From contig NC_058368.1 of assembly GCF_018350175.1 (NCBI RefSeq), forward strand, positions 6,076,001 to 6,140,000: DNA of 64,000 nt, in the 5' to 3' direction. Origin of the DNA: Felis catus. Taxonomy: Eukaryota. The position numbers and the translations under genes were made by a program. Positions within the stretch are counted from its first letter, which is position 1. Every line of letters begins with the position of its first letter. Below are positions 36,682 to 52,290 of this stretch, in pieces. The notes below the pieces were generated by a model. That model was not told where the DNA came from. It worked only from the letters and a program-made list of their open reading frames with translations, and did not search any database.

Positions 36682-36825
36682 GAGAGAATTCCAAGCAGGC
36701 TCCAGGTACAATGTTAGTGTGGAGCCCAGTCAGACGCAGGGCTGGAACTCTAGAACTGTGAGATCATGACTTGAGCCAAAATCAAGAGTTGGATGCTTAA
36801 CCCAACTGAGCCACCCATGGGCCCC
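35420..36825. mobile_element. CAN-SINE cluster: minus ~35420-35620, plus 35733-35950, plus 35966-36167, MIR ~36400-36545, minus ~36548-36825 with (GA)n
   Basis: Recognisable SINE heads and tails; TSD agaaa(t/c)gaagtttct occurs three times. Confidence 0.9.
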
Positions 36826-36855
36826 AATAACAGCTATTTCTGTTGTGTTATTGTC

Positions 36856-37280
36856 TGTCTCTGGTTGGCTATCCTCCCCCTACCCCCGCAGAAAGGCAAA
36901 GCCTTAGACAAGGATTCATTTTAAAATACTTTATTTAGGAAGTGTTCCCTGGAAAAACCAATAAGGGAATAGGGGGGTGGAACTGGGAAGGAAAGGAGCT
37001 TAAGTAAGGGATGCAAGGTCAACTTTGACCTAAATTCATAGAGGGCACAGGACACAGTGCAGGTCCCCCCAGTTGTCCCCGTCAGAGGCTATGAGAGCTA
37101 GAGTATTCATACTTGTACCTATAGTTATTAACTGAAGATGGGGGTGGCTTATTTCCGGGTACTTCAGCTTTGCCTGTGAAAGCAAGGTGGGTTCCAGTAG
37201 CCTAAAGGTAGCCCCATCTGCAGCCCCGAGTCAGTGCTCTGAAAGGATATGGTTACCGGCTTGACTTGGCATCTGTTACA
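36856..37280 (-). mobile_element. Solo LTR, LTR33-like (ERV-L)
   Basis: gccttagacaaggattc...tttatttaggaagtg...ggcatctgttaca. Confidence 0.55.
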
Positions 37281-37649
37281 ACATCATCATCATCATCACC
37301 TCCCATAAGACACGCAATGGTATATAGTATAAAAGGCATTGTGTCATGTTCTAGGGATAAAAAACAGTCCTTGTCCTTTCACGCCCTTGAATTCTTCTGA
37401 AGACACAGGATAAATACACAAAGGTAAGAGATGTATATATGCTAAATGCCAAGTAAGTGTAGGCAAGGTACTTGCTATGAGTGTATTGGCTCACAGGAAG
37501 GAAAGATACCAGGAGTACCTGAGTTGGATCTCACAGAGTGGGTAGGGTTTAGACAAGTACAGAAAAGAAGGCGGGGGGCGGGGGGTGTTGCTGGGGAAAA
37601 GAGTGGAATGATGAATGTTTTAGGGAGAATCAATAAACTGTTCTAATGT

Positions 37650-37796
37650 GGTAGTTCTCAACCCTAAATGCTCATTAGAATCACCAGGGAGCTTTAAAAG
37701 TCCCAATGCCCAGCGGTAGCCCAGATCAATTACGTCGGAATTGCTGGGGTGATTCCTCAGGTATTTCCAATGGCCACCCAGAGCTGAGAACCACTG
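37650..37796. mobile_element. MER5-like hAT DNA transposon
   Basis: gtagttctcaaccc...attagaatcaccagggagcttt...gctgagaaccactg. Confidence 0.7.
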
Positions 37797-37900
37797 TTTT
37801 AAATTGGCTAGGAAGCAGCTTCAGAGGAACTGACTAGGAACTACACTAGAGATAAGGAAGAGCTCAGATTGTAGAAATTTTAGCTATTTGGAGCCAATGA

Positions 37901-38122
37901 TTTTTTTTTAATTTTTTTCAACGTTTTTTATTTATTTTTGGGACAGAGAGACAGAGCATGAACGGGGGAGGGGCAGAGAGAGAGGGAGACACAGAATCGG
38001 AAGCAGGCTCCAGGCTCTGAGCCATCAGCCCAGAGCCCGACGCGGGGCTCGAACTCACGGACCGCGAGATCGTGACCTGGCTGAAGTCGGACGCTTAACC
38101 GACTGCGCCACCCAGGCGCCCC
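37901..38122 (-). mobile_element. Young CAN-SINE
   Basis: TSD ggagccaatgatttt. Confidence 0.93.
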
Positions 38123-39169
38123 CGGAGCCAATGATTTTAATCTCATTCTAACATTTCTATTGCAAGCTGCCTTCCAGCATTTTCCTAAGTGAGGCAAAAG
38201 TAAATACAGAGTCTGGAATATTAGATGAAGGAGTTTGAACCTTATGCTGTAGGCAATGAAAGGTCACACAGGGTCCTTGAAGATTTTTGAGCACGAGAAT
38301 GACGTAAGTAAAACAACATTTTAAAATTTAAACAGGATGTAGAGTTTGGGGGCAAGCAGGACAATACCTGATGGAACTTGACCTTGGCTGGCAGGGGGAA
38401 GGGCTACCAACAGAGAGAAAAAGTTCCAGAGGTTCTGAGCGTGAAGTTGCACGGAAACAAATAGCCTTGGGTGTCAAGAATCAAGTGGTGGCAGAGGTGA
38501 CCTAACCACGTTTGTGTGTGAGAAAGGGAGCGATGCAGTTCACAGGAGATCCATGTTTGTACAGGAACCAGCCAGAAAAAACTTGGCTCTTCTGGTGATT
38601 GGGCCTGAGTAACAGTCCAGCTAGCTAAAGGGTGAAGCATATTGGGAGGAGAAGGCAGAAGAGTAATTTAAGCCTTGAAAACTGAACATAAAATGAAACT
38701 GTGCTCCTATAGATTACTTGCTCTACTGTTGCGTAGCAAGATGTATTGTGAACTGAAAAAACAGAAAGTAATATGCTTATTCCAAGAGAAAAGGGGTCCA
38801 AAAGAAGAAAAAAGGACAAGGGTATAATACTGCTTGCCAATGTAAAGTAAAGAGGTAAATTTTCCTTAATACTTAATAGAACACAAGAGCAGAATTCATC
38901 ATCAACAAATGGGAGAGATTTTCAGTTTGGGATGCCCTTACCAGTAACCGTGATAGGCATCTATTAGCCAAGAAAAGAAGAAATCATTTTTAACCTGGTA
39001 TTCATATTATTTCTTCAGCTGTCTGTTTTAGCTACTATACCTGCATATTAAAGAAGCAAGGAATGAGGGTGTTTACTTTTTAACTTATCCTGCAAAAAAT
39101 TAAGTTAAAGATTTTCACGCTAGTGCTATGCTATAAAAGGGGGAAATCCTGTTCTCATTTTCCTCCTTC

Positions 39170-40440
39170 CCCAGCTTAAATGTCATGGTCTGTCATTTTA
39201 ACTACGCTATTGCCAATAATTCCAACCTCTGTCGCCTCATCTTTTCATTAAACCCAGCTGGCGAGGCTCTAACCCTGGATGAATCTAACATCTGTCTTTG
39301 CCAGGCCTCCACCTGGGCTGTTGAGTGCTGGTGATGAAAATCTCACAACAGGGCAGATGGATATTGATATAAATGCATGGCTGTGCCTGCAAGTGGACCC
39401 GCGACATGGGCTAGAAGTCCCGCGATGATATCCTGCCAGCTCTCTCTCTCATTCTGCCCAAAGCTTGTTTTAAGCCCGTAGCCTTTTCAGACATGAACGG
39501 ATACCACTGCTTTCTCCTTCCACGCCTGTCCCCTCACTCACAGAGGCCAACTTTTCTTGTACCTTCTCTAGAAAACCAAAGCCATTTGAAAAGGAACAGC
39601 TTCAACTTTTACCAAATCCACAGAGTCACATGTATCCATGAAATATCTGCAGGACATGGCCACAATATTTTGCTCTCCCCATTACTGAGAAGTGAGTCTG
39701 CTTGTGGACTCTTCGAATCTGGGCCGGTCTTGTATCTAGCTTTAGCCTAAACTTGTTCCTCTCAAAGTCTTTCTCATCTCAGTAACTGGCATCATCTTCA
39801 GGAGTCGTCTTGATTCCTTGCGTTTCCTTACCTCCCATCCAACAGAGCAGCAAGTCCCCTGCCTCCCTGTCTGTCCGTTCTTCAATCTTGTTTCCTGGAA
39901 TCCATTGTTAACATACTAGCCAGGATATTCCTTTTAAAGGATAGATCACATCTGGCCACTCCCTTCCTTACAACTTTCCAATGGCTTTCTCTTGCCCTAA
40001 ACATAAAATCCAAGCCTCTTTTCTATGGTCTTACAAGGACCTGTATGATCTGGCCCCTTCCTACCTCTTTGCCTTCATCTCACACAACGCCCCCTGCCCT
40101 TACTCCTGACAATTCTATCACACACAACTTCTTTCCCAGCTTAAAGCCTTTGCACTTGCTGCACACCATCTATCCACCTGGACCACCCTGATCTCTCACC
40201 TTAGCAGGATTTTCTGCTCATCATTCAGGTCTCCCTTAAGCATCATCTCAGAGAATCCTTGGCCATCCACCCAATCCGAAGGACTCTCCTCTGGGCTCAC
40301 TTTCCATCGCATTGCTTTGTTTTATATCCTTCCTGGGACTTAGAACCTTCTCCCTTCTGTGAGCTGCCCACTCGCTTCTTCTTCATCACTCTGAATGCAG
40401 GAGCTCTCATATTCTTATATGACACTGTCCCTAAGCGTAA
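39170..40440 (+). mobile_element. Ancient L2 LINE remnant
   Basis: ctcatctcagtaactggcatc...ttccaatggctttctcttgcc...taaaatccaagc...gcctttgcacttgctg. Confidence 0.6.
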
Positions 40441-41314
40441 CACTTCATTGGTCTAGGACGGGCCCCCCAGCTGAGCTGGACCAGAGCCTTTCCTGTGATT
40501 TTTAGAACTGGAGTTGAGAAACACAGTCAATTCTTCTCTCATGACAGGCGTCTGATACAAAATTCAGCAACTGTTAGTGGTCACGTTTCCAGTCATGTGG
40601 AAATGAGTCTATAAGAACAAATGACATTCACATGATGAAGGGGAGAAAGAACGTTATTTTTGAAAGTGCTTTTTGGTTCTGGTTGTTTCCAAGGTTTAAA
40701 TTATATTTTGGATGTGTTTAGAGTTAATTGAGAAATTTCGCATTAATATTTTCTTTGAAAAAAGTTAAAAGGCTAGAGTGTTGATTGATCTAACTTGTTC
40801 TTTCTTGTGTCTAACACTACTCAAATGTAGATATTTAAGATGTGCTTTTGATGATACAGATGATGAACATTCCACCTGCAGAATGGAAGGTTGGATATTT
40901 TCTGTTTAAAGCACACTTTAATATTGAGTGAGAAAACAATGAAAAGTTGTAGAGACAAGAAGTGATCAATTCTGAAAAGACACACTTGGGTGTTTCCATC
41001 AATACATCATGATATATCATATATAGCACTAAATTCTTTTGCACACTACAAAAAAAATACATGTTCAGAGGCAAGGCTGGGGCAAGATGTTAAATGTTTT
41101 CAAATGACTGCCCCCCCCCCACCACACACACACACCTTAAGGTCCATTTGAACCTTTAGAGAAATCAATCCAATAAAACACATTGTAATTAAATACCATT
41201 ATGCAAATTATGTTCTGGGCACTTTAGGAGATACAGTGATGTATAAGTCAGAGACTCAGTCATTAAGGTGTTCATTAAAGGACAGATTTTTTCTTTAAAT
41301 TTCCCTTCACCTCT

Positions 41315-41536
41315 TTTATTTTATTTTATTTTTTTAATGTTTTTATTTATTTTTGAGACAGAGAGAGACAGATCAAGAGCAGGGGAGGGGCAGAGAGAGG
41401 GAGACATAGAATCTGAAGCGGGCTCCAGGCTCTGAGCTGTCAGCACAGAGCCCGAGGCGGGGCTCGAACTCACAGACTGAGATCATGACCTGAGCTGAAG
41501 TCAGACACTTAACCGACTGAGCCACCCAGGCGCCCC
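41315..41536 (-). mobile_element. CAN-SINE
   Basis: Antisense SINE; flanking duplication aaggacagattttt. Confidence 0.9.
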
Positions 41537-42814
41537 AAAAGGACAGATTTTTTTTAAGTACATAAATGACTAAAATACAAAGTAGCTGGGATGTTTCTAC
41601 ACAAGTTACACATAAAGTATAATGGTGCCAATGGTAGGAGGAGTTCATGGTTTAAAAAAAAAAAAAGGTCATTTTCAGGTGTAAGGACCAGGAAAAGTTT
41701 CATGACCAAGTTAGGCATTTAAGCTGTACCTTGGAGGATGGGTAGGGCTGCAAAGGTCAGAGATGGTATGAGGAAGCATCCAGCCTTTGAGAACAGGCCA
41801 GACAAAGGCATATTTGGCACAAGTATGAAGGACAATGTGCAGCTAATGACGGCCTGAACTCCTAGGATTGGCAGTAAAACAACAGAATGTCTGTCTACTG
41901 GCATTGCTATTCACTGCAGTTGGGAGGTACAGGGCACAGTATGATAATTTTCAGAAATTTTAAGTTGGAGATGCAGCAGAATATCCCCTCGGGCTGAGCA
42001 GGAGGCAGTTGAAATGTGGGGCTGGTGTTTGGGAGGCATGTTAAGACTGGAGATGCTAAATTTAGGATGTAAATAAAACCACATTTATGAAAAGCATGAG
42101 CATTATTTGCACATTGTTTGGAACATGGACCAATGAAGGTCATAGACTCTGCTACATCATGATCTCCAGTGACAGTCTAGGGTCGTGTGGCATCAGTAGA
42201 ACCTGAAATTGAAAATCAAATGGAAACGACAGCTCCATGCTCTTGATATGTTCAATTCATTTAAATAACAAATATGAACCCTCATCCTTTGGTCCACAGG
42301 AAATCCATTCTAAAAACAGAGTGTATTCTTCAAGTTTTTGGAATCCTAACACGTGCCAGGTTCTTCCTAGCTCGTTGCTTTGGCCCCTTCCTGTCTTTCC
42401 TAATTGAGTCTCAGGCTGCTGCCCTTTCCATTGTCTCCAAGCATGGACACAAGTAAGGCCAGGCTGATAGCCTGGTGATGACAGAAGGGAAGTACCACAC
42501 AGAAAAGAAAAACCTAAAATTGGCTATTAGATATTACTGCTCCTAACACATTAGCCAAGCTCTCCCCAAAAGGCACTGATGTCTATCTCTTCCTTAGCTC
42601 CCCATCCTGATGCTGTGTTCAGGGGTCTGCTTACCTCAAACCACCACATTCTTCCAACCTGGAGTTTGGACCCCCAACTTTCACCCTAGCTTTGCAGAGA
42701 GAAGCAGGCCTTTCTCTGCCCTGGTCCAAACCTGGCTTCCTTTCCTATCCCAGCATTACTGATAGTAAGAATACTGTCAGTTAGCTTGACTATAGTAATC
42801 ATTTCACTAGTCAT

Positions 42815-42816
<2 letters not shown>

Positions 42817-42855
<39 letters not shown>
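42817..42855 (+). repeat. (CA)n microsatellite
   Basis: Directly visible. Confidence 0.95.
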
Positions 42856-42856
<1 letters not shown>

Positions 42857-43274
42857 CCTGTTGTACCTCTTAAAACTGTACAATATTTATTTAGAAAAAT
42901 TCGGTCTCTTAACGTTGAATTCTTTAACTCTGCAAAAGAACAGTCCTGCTAGAGAATCACCCACTATATTATCACTGAATAGAACATGTAACATCCTCTA
43001 AGTTAGGGCCTTTTAGAGCTCCATTTCACAAAGAGAGAAACTGATGGTTCAAGGGCACACCAGTAATAAACAGCTGAGCAGGATTCAAACCCAGGCTCAC
43101 CTAACCAGTCAGTGTACCTGAACATTAAATAATATTTAATGCGCTAGGTAAAAAACAACTTCAATTTAACCAGTGGTGAAGTCACAATTTGATCCAAAGA
43201 AATTTATATAAGAGAAGAGCCCCTCTGAGGATTTTTCAAATGGTATCATTGCCATCATCTATCTGTACATGGAT

Positions 43275-43501
43275 TTTTTTTAACTTAAAAAAATGTTTTA
43301 ATTAATTAATTAATTGAGAGACGGAGAGAGACAGAGCGTGAGCAGAGGAAAGGCAGATATAGAGGGAGACACAGAATCCAAAGGAGCCTTCATGCTCTGA
43401 GTTGTCAGCATAGAGCCCAATGCGGGGCTCAAATCCACAGACGTGAGATCATGACCTGAGCTGAAGCCAGATGCTCAACTGACTGAGACACCCAGGTGTC
43501 C
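43275..43501 (-). mobile_element. CAN-SINE (older)
   Basis: TSD tgtacatggat. Confidence 0.88.
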
Positions 43502-44259
43502 TTGTACATGGATATTTTTAACATAAATATGGTTACTCGTTAATTCAACAAATGTTTACTGTGCACCATACTCAAAGCATATTACTAGGTATTATGGAAG
43601 ATGCAAATATGATTTCCTATAGGCATTTATAATCTAGCAAAAGAAAAATAAAACATAATTTGATGACTACCACAAGAAAGGCAAGAAAAAAAAAGGGTTA
43701 TGGGGGTTTGAAAGTGGGAGAGATTATATGTCCTTTGGGGAGTGGGGAGCTTTAGTGGAAATAGTAGCAATTGGAAAATGTAAAATAAATACAAACCTAC
43801 AATTAATAAAAAATTAAAGACACACATCTAAATAAGACGGATTAGACAAAATGAGAGATTATTATCAAGATACTGGGACCCCTTCAGCTGGCACCTTTCC
43901 TACCTTAAAATTATCAACAAATTAGTTTCAATGAATCTAGATCCGTTGTTGTAATCATGGCTCAAATGTGCTGTTCTTATAGACAGAGGTGCAGAAGGCC
44001 ACACTCAAAATAATGTCCCCTCTCAATGGATGGGAAGCATTTAGATAGTCATCTTTCTCAATAGTAAAACTATTCAGGAGTAGCATGGCCACTGGTCATT
44101 GATTCATTTTTATTGATGTTTGTAATGTGGGTCAATATGTTGATATCGTTGTGCAGCCCTTATCAGATTGTGAACGACAAGAATACACCAAGTCTGTGAG
44201 CTGTTTACAAATATATAGACTTTTTTCGACAATGATAATGCCCTTTAACATCTGGAGTT

Positions 44260-45560
<1,301 letters not shown>

Positions 45561-46976
45561 GCCAGCCAGGTTTGGGGAGGAAGTGGTGTACTAGGGATCC
45601 AAGCCCACGCGAAATCCTGCCTGTGTATTCTACTTCGGTGGCTAATAGGGAAAAAGAGCTGCTACTCCATGGGCTGTATACTTTTCAAGGGTTTCGGTTC
45701 TAGATTGAAAAAAAAAAAATCGTAGTAAAACGTCAGTTTAAATGGTTTTCGGGGGGAGGGGTCCATTTATGCTGGTAACCTTCGGGGGGATTTCCTCGCC
45801 CGCCTCTGGAGTGACATCCATCAGTCTGGAAGGGAAGCTGTGATCCTTTCCTCCACCAGTTTGTGATTGATTTATTACGAAATTGGGATTTTATTTGGGA
45901 GAAAGAAAGCAGCAAGTAAATGTGATGCTGAAGAGTTCTTCATAGGGATCGTCTGTAACCTCAATGTAGCAATTGTTATTTAGATACCATTAACCTGTGA
46001 GTTTTACATAGAACAATGGGGGTTTGGTGCAGGGTGGGTGGTGGGGAAAAAGGCAAGGGACTAATAGGGGCTATCGTGTTCAGGCCTGTTCCCCCAAAAT
46101 TTAGCTGTTGGCAATAAGCTGTAAATCGTCTCTTTGCTTTAAATATTTTCCCCTGCAAATAACTTAATTAAGTCTATGGCTGGTAATGCTCCCAATTTAG
46201 TTTCTTAAACAGGCAAGTGAAGTGTTCATTTTTCCTTTGTCAGTAGATGAATGTCGTGTAATATTGACAAAAGAGAAGGCAATTCTTAGTTGAGGGGAAA
46301 ATATATTTTATTAACTCCTTGTTTTCCTCTTGTACAAACGTCATGTTGATGTTGTCTATTGCCTTTGACACTATAGAAAATTGCGGGAGAAATCATGTCA
46401 GAGTTTATTATATAATCTTTCGATATCAGTATAAACAAAGTAGCTTTATTCGAATATCAATGTTAATTTGATAGCTGCTGTTTTAACATTTAAAAGAATT
46501 GCTTTCCTTCCCCCCCCCCCCCGAATTAGGTAAGAGGGTTTGTTCAGAACTATATTAGCACTAAAAAAAAGAAACCGTTCATAAAGCTGAAGTAAGTTGG
46601 GGAAGCCATATTTATAAATACTTTAATATTCTGGATATTGGAAAAGGAAGTGTATATTCAACATTTTTCTTAGATTGACTGAGGTGTCTTTCTCAAATAA
46701 CTTAAAAGGGACTCTTGAAGGAAGATGGTGATTCTAATTAATTTGGTATGTGCATTTCAGTGCTTATATGAGCAGTTAAAGCAGTACAGATATCTGCAAA
46801 AGATAGGGATTTGAAAACTTGATACTCTGGTGTGCTGCATGTATTTAAAAGTACTTCTTAGTGGAATGGAGAATCTGGTGACATTTGAGAAATCTGCATC
46901 TGGAGATACCTACCTACTGTTGACTCTGCTTATATTTTTCATCGAAGTATTGTTTAATAATGTACTTTAAAAATTA

Positions 46977-47090
46977 TCTTTCTCATATAATATTTTTCAA
47001 AAGCCTTAAACCATTTCTCTTTCCACCTATATTCTCTTTCTCATATAATATTTTTCAAAAGCCTTAAACCATTTCTCTTTCCACCTATAT
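46977..47090 (+). repeat. Perfect tandem duplication, 58-bp period, 2 copies
   Basis: tctttctcatataatatttttcaaaagccttaaaccatttctctttccacctatat at 46977 and again at 47035. Confidence 0.95.
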
Positions 47091-50000
47091 ATTCCACCTA
47101 TTTGGGGCATATTCAGAAAATTCCCAATGCCATGAGATGACACATAGTAGTACATTTGACCAGTCTGTCATCTGCTTTGTAAAATTCTGGTGACTCTAAA
47201 TTACTTTTAATCTCTCTGAGAGAAGCCAGTTCTATTTCCATAAATTACTGACTTAAGCTAATAAAATATATAAATTTATTAACTTTGGTTTTATATTTTA
47301 TTAAAAAACTATGGTATTGTTTAGTGGCAGGAGGTACTTTTAACCACCTTTTATGTCTCATAGTTAGGTTTTAATTTAGACTACATAATTTTAGGAGAAT
47401 TAATACAATTTAAAAATAGCTAAATGTACAGCATGTAAACATTTCTTAGTCATTTGTCATAGCTGAAAATTACCATTGCATTTTGGAAAAAAAAACTTCA
47501 TAATTTTTGGGCTTGTTTTCCAGCAGCCTTTAATGATTTTGTTTATAGGATGAACTTCAGAAAAATTTAAAAAGGATCAAATGTCAAGAGAGTTTTAAAA
47601 TTACTTAAGACAGTTTTTGTTTTCCAGAGGGAATATTTTTGGTTTGGCTTCTCACAGCCTCATCACTCGAGTGAAATATAGCATTGTATTTATGAGGTTC
47701 TTTTGATCTTATGTCAGTGAAATGTAATTTAATGCATTTTAGTCCTGGTAAAATAAAATTTGTGGCTGTTTAATCTTTTGTAAAAAGATGATGACGAAAT
47801 AATTTGTTTCTAGTATTGATTTACTTTCAAATTAAATTATACATTCTGTAACTGAAATTTCAGAGTACTCTAGGAACGCAGACAATAACACCTTCAAAGA
47901 GAATCCTGAGATGTACGGTGAAGTGGGTTTTGTTTAGACCTATTTGTCTATTAGAACGAGTGCACATAAATGTATCTTTTCAGTCTTCCAGCAAGCATCA
48001 CAGAATATGAGCACGTAGTAAAAGAATTCAGACTGGAGGTGTTAGCTTCTTAAATTATTAAGTTTTAGGAAATAAAACAGCTCATAAGGTCATTTCTTTG
48101 ACTCAAAGAATTATTAATACTATCCTGCTAGTATACCACACTTAAAATAAACTCAGCATTTTAAGGAATGTGGGGAAGGAGGAAATACTTTATTTGAAGC
48201 ATGATTATATATATATGGAAAAAGGGCCTTTTGTAATTGTGTTAATTTCAGATTCTAATAGAGTTAAAGCATAAATGCACAATAAATCTTGGAAATAATT
48301 TGTTCTCACTGTCACCATAAATGAGATAGTGTCCTTTGTGTCTGAACACCAAAAGGGTACTCAGTAGGAAGCAGGGAGATTCATTTTCTTTCTGAGTCAG
48401 TTGCATTTCCTCTTTGTACAATTTAGGCAACCAAACTCATTTTGTTCGAAAGAATGGAAAAGTGTGAGAAGACAAGACAGTTTGTGTTTTTAAATTCTAA
48501 ACTCTCATTACAGGGACTGGATATTTCTAGCATTTAAAAATCAATTTGAGGTAAGAGTTTGATCTCCAAAAAAGAAAAGCAAAAGCAGTTTTCTTGAGCA
48601 GGTTCTTAATTTGCTGTACTCTGTGTTCAGAAGAACCGATTATATATAATTGGGATTATATGTGTGTGTTTGTGAGAGAGAGAAATATACAGAAAACTTT
48701 TGTTGGGGCACTTTTGTAGGCAACCCCAAAATTAGGAGGCAGTAATAATGATAATAGCTAAATTAATGAGTATTACTAGGTCCTGGGCAAAGCCCTTTTA
48801 CATTCATCATCTATTTAATCCTCACAAAGTACCATATCAAGTCAGTTCTGTTTTTCAGTTTTACAGGTGAGGAAACTGTTAGAAAGGTTAAGCTGTTAGA
48901 AAGGTTAGATAAAATTGTCTATGCTTATATGACTGATTAAATGTCAGAGCTGCAATTAGGGGATTACAAAAGGTCCTCTTATTCTAGAGCACATGCTCTT
49001 AACCATTATGCCTCATAAAGCTAATACATTAAGGTAAATATAAACCTAGACGTGGAGATTTGGTGTTTTCGTGGGTCATTCGGAAAACATGAATGTCTTA
49101 CCTATCAGAGGAGTAGTCTTTTCAACTAACTCAATTAATTGGTATACTTTTTCAATACATTTCTGAACAGCCTTGGTTTTTTCGAGTGCAACAAGTGTTT
49201 ATGTAGATACGTCGGTGTATCTATACATACACACATATATACACATATATGTATGTGTGTGGAGGGGGAACCAAAGGTCTTCTGGTAGAAGAAACTCTTA
49301 AGTTGGGGAGACAAATACTGAGTTTGAGTTCAGACTCCGCATCTGATTACCAGTATGACCTTGGGCAAGTCACTTGCCCTTTGTAAACCTCGATTTCCTT
49401 ATTTGTAAGATTAGAGGGCTTGAGTTGATAATTTTTAAGGTCTTTTCTAGTGTTATGATTTGAGGAAATAAATTGTGAATATAAAGTGTAATACTTTTGC
49501 AAGATTAGGTAAACAGCCACTAAAACAAATTTTACTTTAGGCAGTGATACACTTCTTTGTTTCTTAGTCTCATGCTTTAATGTAGGTTCTCACCAACTGC
49601 CTGAAAGAAGTTAGGTTAACTTCCAAAGACATATCAGCTATTTTACCTGTCTTATATTGCTGTAGCATTCCATTATCTTTATCTCTTAAGATGTTGGGAT
49701 TTAGGGACTGTGCTTGTTCCCACTCCAGTGAACCATTCATTTGGTGGCTAGCCCAAAGGACCCTTCTGATTTCGTCTGCATTGGGGCTTTAATTCAGTTT
49801 TATTTCCTTAATTATGATCAGAACATGGTGGAACCCTTTATTTCCCCTGAAGGAATCGGATAGTTTTTCTTCTGAATATTGCTGAACCCTGCATATATGT
49901 TCAGTCTGACTTAAATATTTCTTTAGACGTCAGAAATGCCAAATACAACATACATACCCATTACTGAGGATTTTGCATGCCCAGGAAAGAGTATTCCTTA

Positions 50001-51689
50001 TAACTTTTTAGAAATGTGATGGAAAGGGACACTGTTGAATTGGTCTACCTTAGATATTCAGTGCCTTCAGATCTACTGGTAAGGCCACTTGGAGGTTTCA
50101 TGCTTAAATCCCATTTTCCTAGTAGCAAGACCGGCAAATTAATTCATTTGGGAGCCGTTCATTTGATTTTTACTTTTTCTGTTTCTTTCAATATTTGAAG
50201 AAATCCATACAGTCATTCGTTAACCAATACTTATTGGACTCTTGCATGTGCCAGGCACCGTCCGAAGTACTGGTAATACAAAGATGAATAAAATATTCCA
50301 TTACTTGAGGAGGTATCTACTGGGGAAACAAATGTAAATAAACTGTAGCGATTTAATAAGCGCTCTAATAATTAATACAGGGTGCTAATGGAACACAGAT
50401 GGAAACTGCCAACCCTGTTTAGGGTTTTCAAGGAAAGCCTCTCAAAGATGGCAGCACTTTGTTTGACTCTTAAAAGAAGGGGAAGATCTCATCAGATAGG
50501 GTACTTTGAGAGGACTAGGGTAAGGAGAGGTGCTTTTTTACTGTGCTCTTGCAGACCCCAGCAGATCATGTGGGTTTGAATTTTTTCTTCTCCCGCCTTC
50601 CCTCCCCACACCTTTTGGCCGTTGAGCTCCTGCTGTATGTGTCCTGCTATGTGCGTGCACTACAGATGACCCATTGTACCCACTGGACATGATGAGGTTT
50701 CTGTTATTTCACAGTGAGCACCTTAATTCTCTGTGCGGCAGTTTCCCATCACAAGAATGTTGCTGAATCAGAGTACAAGCAGCCTCTGAAATTCAGTGGC
50801 TGACTTACGAATTTCTCCCTCATATGTAAAGCTGCCATGGCAGAACTCCCATTTTGATTACAGCTCTTGATAGCAGATGATTCTACTTCGGCCTCACCTC
50901 CGTGAGAACTAGGGAGCCAGAGTTTTCTGTGCTGCAAGATGGTGGTGGCAACAAATTCCCAGAGGGAGAATTTCTCTTGTTGGAATCTGATGTGGGAAGA
51001 GATGGGAGGTGGGGAGATGGCTTCCAGCCTACTGGATTTCAGCTAGGAAAGTAGAAATAATGACAGATTATTATAAATTATTGTAGGCCATTTTGCAAAC
51101 TTACCTACTTTTCAACAATTATTTCTCTTGGCAAATGTGTTCAGAATTATGATTTACCAACATTTGAAACGTGATCCATATGTAATTTGGGAACTGTATA
51201 TGCCAAATCAGTGTTGATAAATACATATTATCCCCTGTGGCTGCTGTCATCTTTCCTGTAGTGCCTTTTATTGTTGAATCTGATCCTCACTGCCTCTTTA
51301 TTCTTTTTCTATTCTTTTTCTGTTCTTAGCTGCTGCTAGGGAATGAAAATCCTACTGTCCTTTCCTTCTTCAGAACAGTTTGTAAATCCTTTCCTTCACA
51401 CCAGCTTAGGTAGGCTTTGGTCCTCTCTTTGTTCCTGAGAAACTACTAAGAGCTTTTTTGTCTTTAGGTATTTCTTGTTACCTAAAGTGACTTGATGTTG
51501 TGACTAAAAAGTGACTTTCAGCTGTTATTTTGATCATAATCCTTGAAGACCCTTTAGTGTCGTGAGTCTCAAGAGTCTTTATTATGGTCGTTGTTAGAGT
51601 CCCCAAACCAGTCCCTGCTGTAGTAAGCTGCCTGTACTGACGGAGTCATGTCATGTCCTTCAGATGCGTTATGGCAGAAAAAACGCTGA

Positions 51690-52290
51690 GAACCCCCTTT
51701 CTAAAATTGAGATGTATTACGTACCATGACATTCACCCTTTCAAAGTGTGCAGTCCACTGCTTTTTAGGACGTTCCCAAAGCTGTGCAATCATTACCCCT
51801 ATCTAGTTCCAGCACATTTATTACCCCAAAAAGAAACTCCGTATCAGTTTGCCATCACTCCACATCCCCCATCTCCCCAACTCCTGGCAACCACTAATCT
51901 ACTTCCTTTCTCTGTGGATTTGCCTGTTCTGGACATTTCATATAAATGGAATTACACAGTGTGTGGCCTTGTTTGTCTTTTATTTAGCCTAATGCTTTTA
52001 AGATTCATCTTCATTGTGCATGTATCAGTATCATTCCTTTTTATGGCTGAACAGTATTGCATTCTACGGATATACCACATTTTGTTTATCCATTCAGAAG
52101 TCGGTGGACCTTTGTGTTATTTCTACTTTTTGGTTATAATGACTAATGCTGCTTATAACATTGATGTTTGAGTTGTCATGTGGGATTTTTGTTTTCAGTT
52201 CTCTTGGGCATATAGCCAGGTATGGTAACACCATGTTTTGCTTTTTGAGAAACTGCCACACTTTTTCAAAGCAGTTGAGAACCACTTTTG
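51690..52290 (-). mobile_element. L1 (L1MB/MC-like) 3' fragment
   Basis: ttcaccctttcaaagtgtgcag...ggcaaccactaatctactt...gatttgcctgttctggacatttcatataaatggaat...gagaaactgccacact. Confidence 0.85.

Noticed and set aside
48876..48907. Small direct repeat ctgttagaaaggtta x2 (also tctgtatctggtc x2 at ~61010-61042)
   Set aside because: Trivial slippage duplications inside old MIR/L1 remnants.
51653..52171. 172-aa hydrophobic ORF in CDK8 intron 1
   Set aside because: Antisense reading of an L1 3'UTR fragment.
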